This document shows, one piece after another, positions 61,783 to 64,000 of a DNA stretch of 64,000 bases (within the stretch, counting starts at the first letter, position 1; every line of letters starts with the position of its first letter). The notes under the pieces are model-generated. The model saw nothing but the letters and a program-made list of their open reading frames with translations, searched no databases and had not been told where the DNA came from. A program made the translations under genes and the position numbers. This DNA is from a virus (lineage: Duplodnaviria; Caudoviricetes), in the IMG/VR virus record IMGVR_UViG_3300032318_000487, positions 15,390-79,389 of that record; one strand, written 5' to 3'.

Positions 61783-61812
61783 TTATATATTAAGCATTAG
61801 AAAGTGTTATTG

Positions 61813-62376
61813 TTATGAAACAACACTTTCACTCTCTGTCCACCACTGATATGCGAATGTGACAGTGTACTCTTCGATGTTGTCGTTAGAACCCCAATCT
61901 AGATCGATTGGAGTAATGTCAACTGGGAACATGCCGAAGAAGTAGTATTGCTTAATTCTGTCACCATTCTTACCGTACTGAATAACAGATGCTACGTCAC
62001 CACTCTCATCACCTGCCTGATAGTCAGAAGGTGAAATGAATGAGTCGTTTCTTAGACCTGTTGTATGCTCGTTAAGACCGTTCAACCATCTTTCGAAAGC
62101 GTTTCTAATTAAGAAGTCTTCGTCGTTGATGATTGTTACTGCCCAATCCTGGAATACTCTGTTTCCGGCAAACTTAAACTCTCTACCGAAGTACATAACT
62201 GGTACTGAGTTTACAGTTGAACCAGGTAGTGATGCTGCTCTTGCCATAAATGTAAACTTTTCACCAGGTGATCCGATGTTAGCATATGCTGGAAAAGCCA
62301 ATTTACACTCGAAGAGGTTTGGTCTTGCTCCATCAAACTGCATAAGTGATCTGAACTTTGATAACTCAAATGCCAT
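61813..62376 (-). CDS. gp19: tail tube protein
   Basis: GARPNLF, KAAS.PGS-like, GR..K.AG.R.F..W.VT.INDEDF..R..FE.W, IEE..VTF.Y..W. Confidence 0.97.
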   Translation of the reverse strand: MAFELSKFRSLMQFDGARPNLFECKLAFPAYANIGSPGEKFTFMARAASLPGSTVNSVPVMYFGREFKFAGNRVFQDWAVTIINDEDFLIRNAFERWLNGLNEHTTGLRNDSFISPSDYQAGDESGDVASVIQYGKNGDRIKQYYFFGMFPVDITPIDLDWGSNDNIEEYTVTFAYQWWTESESVVS

Positions 62377-62409
62377 CTGTAATTACTCCTTTATTTCTTT
62401 ATTTGTTTA

Positions 62410-62416
62410 TATTTAT
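62410..62416 (-). promoter_or_regulatory. T4-type late promoter (ATAAATA)
   Basis: Box upstream of gp19. Confidence 0.75.
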
Positions 62417-64000
62417 TAGAAGCGACCGACGATTTCTTCAAATGCAACACCTGTTCTAACAGCAATGAAGTTCAACTGGATGAAGTTGATGCTTCTAGCT
62501 GGCTTGATGTAGATGTCACCAACGAATTCATTTCTATCGATAACTTCAGGAGTATTGTTAGAGTTATCACAAACAACACGGAAGTCAAAGATACCACGAC
62601 GACCCTGAACATCTCTTAGGAATGGCTCGATTAGACCAACGAACTGGGCTCTTGTGAACTCATCGTTGAACTCGAATAGTGAATACTTAGCTGCTCTAGC
62701 AATTGCCTTCTCAAGAACAATGAACAGACGACGAACGTTAATTCTGTCGAAAGCTGATGGTCTTGTAAGCATTGTCTTATCACCGTAAAGAATTACACCT
62801 TCACCTGGAAATGAGATAACTGGGTTAACACCAATCTTATAAAGCTCATCTCTGTCTGTCTTGTTTGGATACCAAGAAAGCTTTACAACGTTCTTGATCT
62901 GACCACGATTGAAACCAGCTGGTGAAAACCATGGATCTCTATCATTGTCTGTTCTAGCACATAGACCAGCAATGTCACCGTTTAGTGGAATCCAACGATA
63001 GACGTTGTTATACTTGTCGAACTGATACTTCCAACCAGAATCCATGATAGCATATGAAGATGAGTTAAACTGATTTCTATATGCAGTGATGTCTGCTACT
63101 TCGTCTCCAGCGTTGTTTACAACGTCTGAGTACTCAGGTGAAATGAGAGCAACGCAATCTTTTCTGGTCTCAACAATGTTTTCAAGAACATACTCTGAAA
63201 CAGCTTGTGAGTGTGCACCAGTCATAACTAGAGAAATGTCAACTTCTTCTGGATTCTTGAACTTATCATATGCGAGCTGAACTGTTGCATCAGTTGCTGT
63301 ATCATCAACACCACCTGATAGTGAAGCTGTGTATGAAGCGTTGTTACCAGAATTAAATGCTGTTCCGGCTGCTGTTGAACCCCAGTTTACGTTTGAGTTT
63401 GGTGAAACGTCATGATTCATAATGTAGATGTACTTTGAACGCTCGTTAATAACGTTTACATAGTAGTTTGATGAACCATCATCGTTTCTACCGTCTGATG
63501 CCTTTGAGACGAATGAATACTTCTCAAGAACTGTGTTTGCAGTACCTGTTAACCTACCTCTTTCGTCAAGAACGATGATGTGAATTTCGTCGTTTGCACC
63601 GTTTACGTTTCCAACAAATGCTGATGTTCCTGGTGCACCATCAAACTCTTCACTGTATTGCCATGCTGCGAAAGATGCAGAGTTACCTGAGTTAGCAAAC
63701 ATAGAAACCCTGAGTGAGTTACCTAGAGCACCTGCATATCTTGATGCGAACTGACCAACGTTGTTTGTTGCTGAAAGATCAAGATATTCAAGATCATACT
63801 GATCAGAGTTCTTAATGCAAATCTTTTCGGAACCGCTTGTTGCGTTTCTTGCGATTGCAGAGTTAGCTGCTCTAATTACCTTAAGGTTGTTACCATAAGA
63901 AAGGAAGTTAGAACATGTGAAAAATTCTTTGAATGTGTTAGCGTCTGGACGACCGAAGCGATCTACCAATCTTAGTTCGTCTGAAATTGTAACGATTTCA
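62416..64000 (-). CDS. gp18: tail sheath protein (5' part outside window)
   Basis: F.SYGN.L...R, RKDC.A..SP, DSGWKYQ.D.YN, W.SPAG.NRG, LYGDKT, RINVRRLF, KPARSINFI.LNF. Confidence 0.98.
   Translation of the reverse strand, partial: EIVTISDELRLVDRFGRPDANTFKEFFTCSNFLSYGNNLKVIRAANSAIARNATSGSEKICIKNSDQYDLEYLDLSATNNVGQFASRYAGALGNSLRVSMFANSGNSASFAAWQYSEEFDGAPGTSAFVGNVNGANDEIHIIVLDERGRLTGTANTVLEKYSFVSKASDGRNDDGSSNYYVNVINERSKYIYIMNHDVSPNSNVNWGSTAAGTAFNSGNNASYTASLSGGVDDTATDATVQLAYDKFKNPEEVDISLVMTGAHSQAVSEYVLENIVETRKDCVALISPEYSDVVNNAGDEVADITAYRNQFNSSSYAIMDSGWKYQFDKYNNVYRWIPLNGDIAGLCARTDNDRDPWFSPAGFNRGQIKNVVKLSWYPNKTDRDELYKIGVNPVISFPGEGVILYGDKTMLTRPSAFDRINVRRLFIVLEKAIARAAKYSLFEFNDEFTRAQFVGLIEPFLRDVQGRRGIFDFRVVCDNSNNTPEVIDRNEFVGDIYIKPARSINFIQLNFIAVRTGVAFEEIVGRF

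Overview
A 64-kb segment of a lytic T4-like (T4-superfamily) myophage genome; essentially every credible gene is on the minus strand. In transcription order (right to left) it carries: tail sheath/tube, portal, head scaffolding, protease and major capsid genes (gp18-gp23, with an ADP-ribosyltransferase, large putative internal-head proteins and a GIY-YIG nuclease inserted); gp3, uvsY, uvsW, gp55, gp47/46; a GREB1/TAGT-like glycosyltransferase pair; the CobT/CobS-like vWA/AAA+ pair; gp1, gp45/44/62, regA, dUTPase, PAAR, hsp20; an ~9-kb, 11-gene nucleotide-sugar/glycosyltransferase/methyltransferase cluster; PMM, thyX, gp43, uvsX, gp41; and an early/accessory region with 13 tRNA genes (a 14th lies at 21.2 kb), four exported proteins, a SpeD-like protein, Dps and many small ORFs. 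An Omp25/RopB-type porin, a DUF1127 protein and a ROSE-like leader point to an alphaproteobacterial (probably Hyphomicrobiales) host (inference). The most striking observations read directly from the sequence are: (1) two unrelated homing-type endonucleases, each sitting inside a tRNA gene 5' end, leaving a tRNA 5' remnant upstream and ending within a reconstituted full tRNA; (2) four ORFs whose stop codons lie inside tRNA sequence; (3) a ROSE-type RNA thermometer on the phage hsp20; (4) a 19-bp palindrome repeated three times, exactly 9 nt upstream of a putative -35 box each time; and (5) several structured non-coding spacers in the tRNA array. All family assignments are by motif recognition, not database search.
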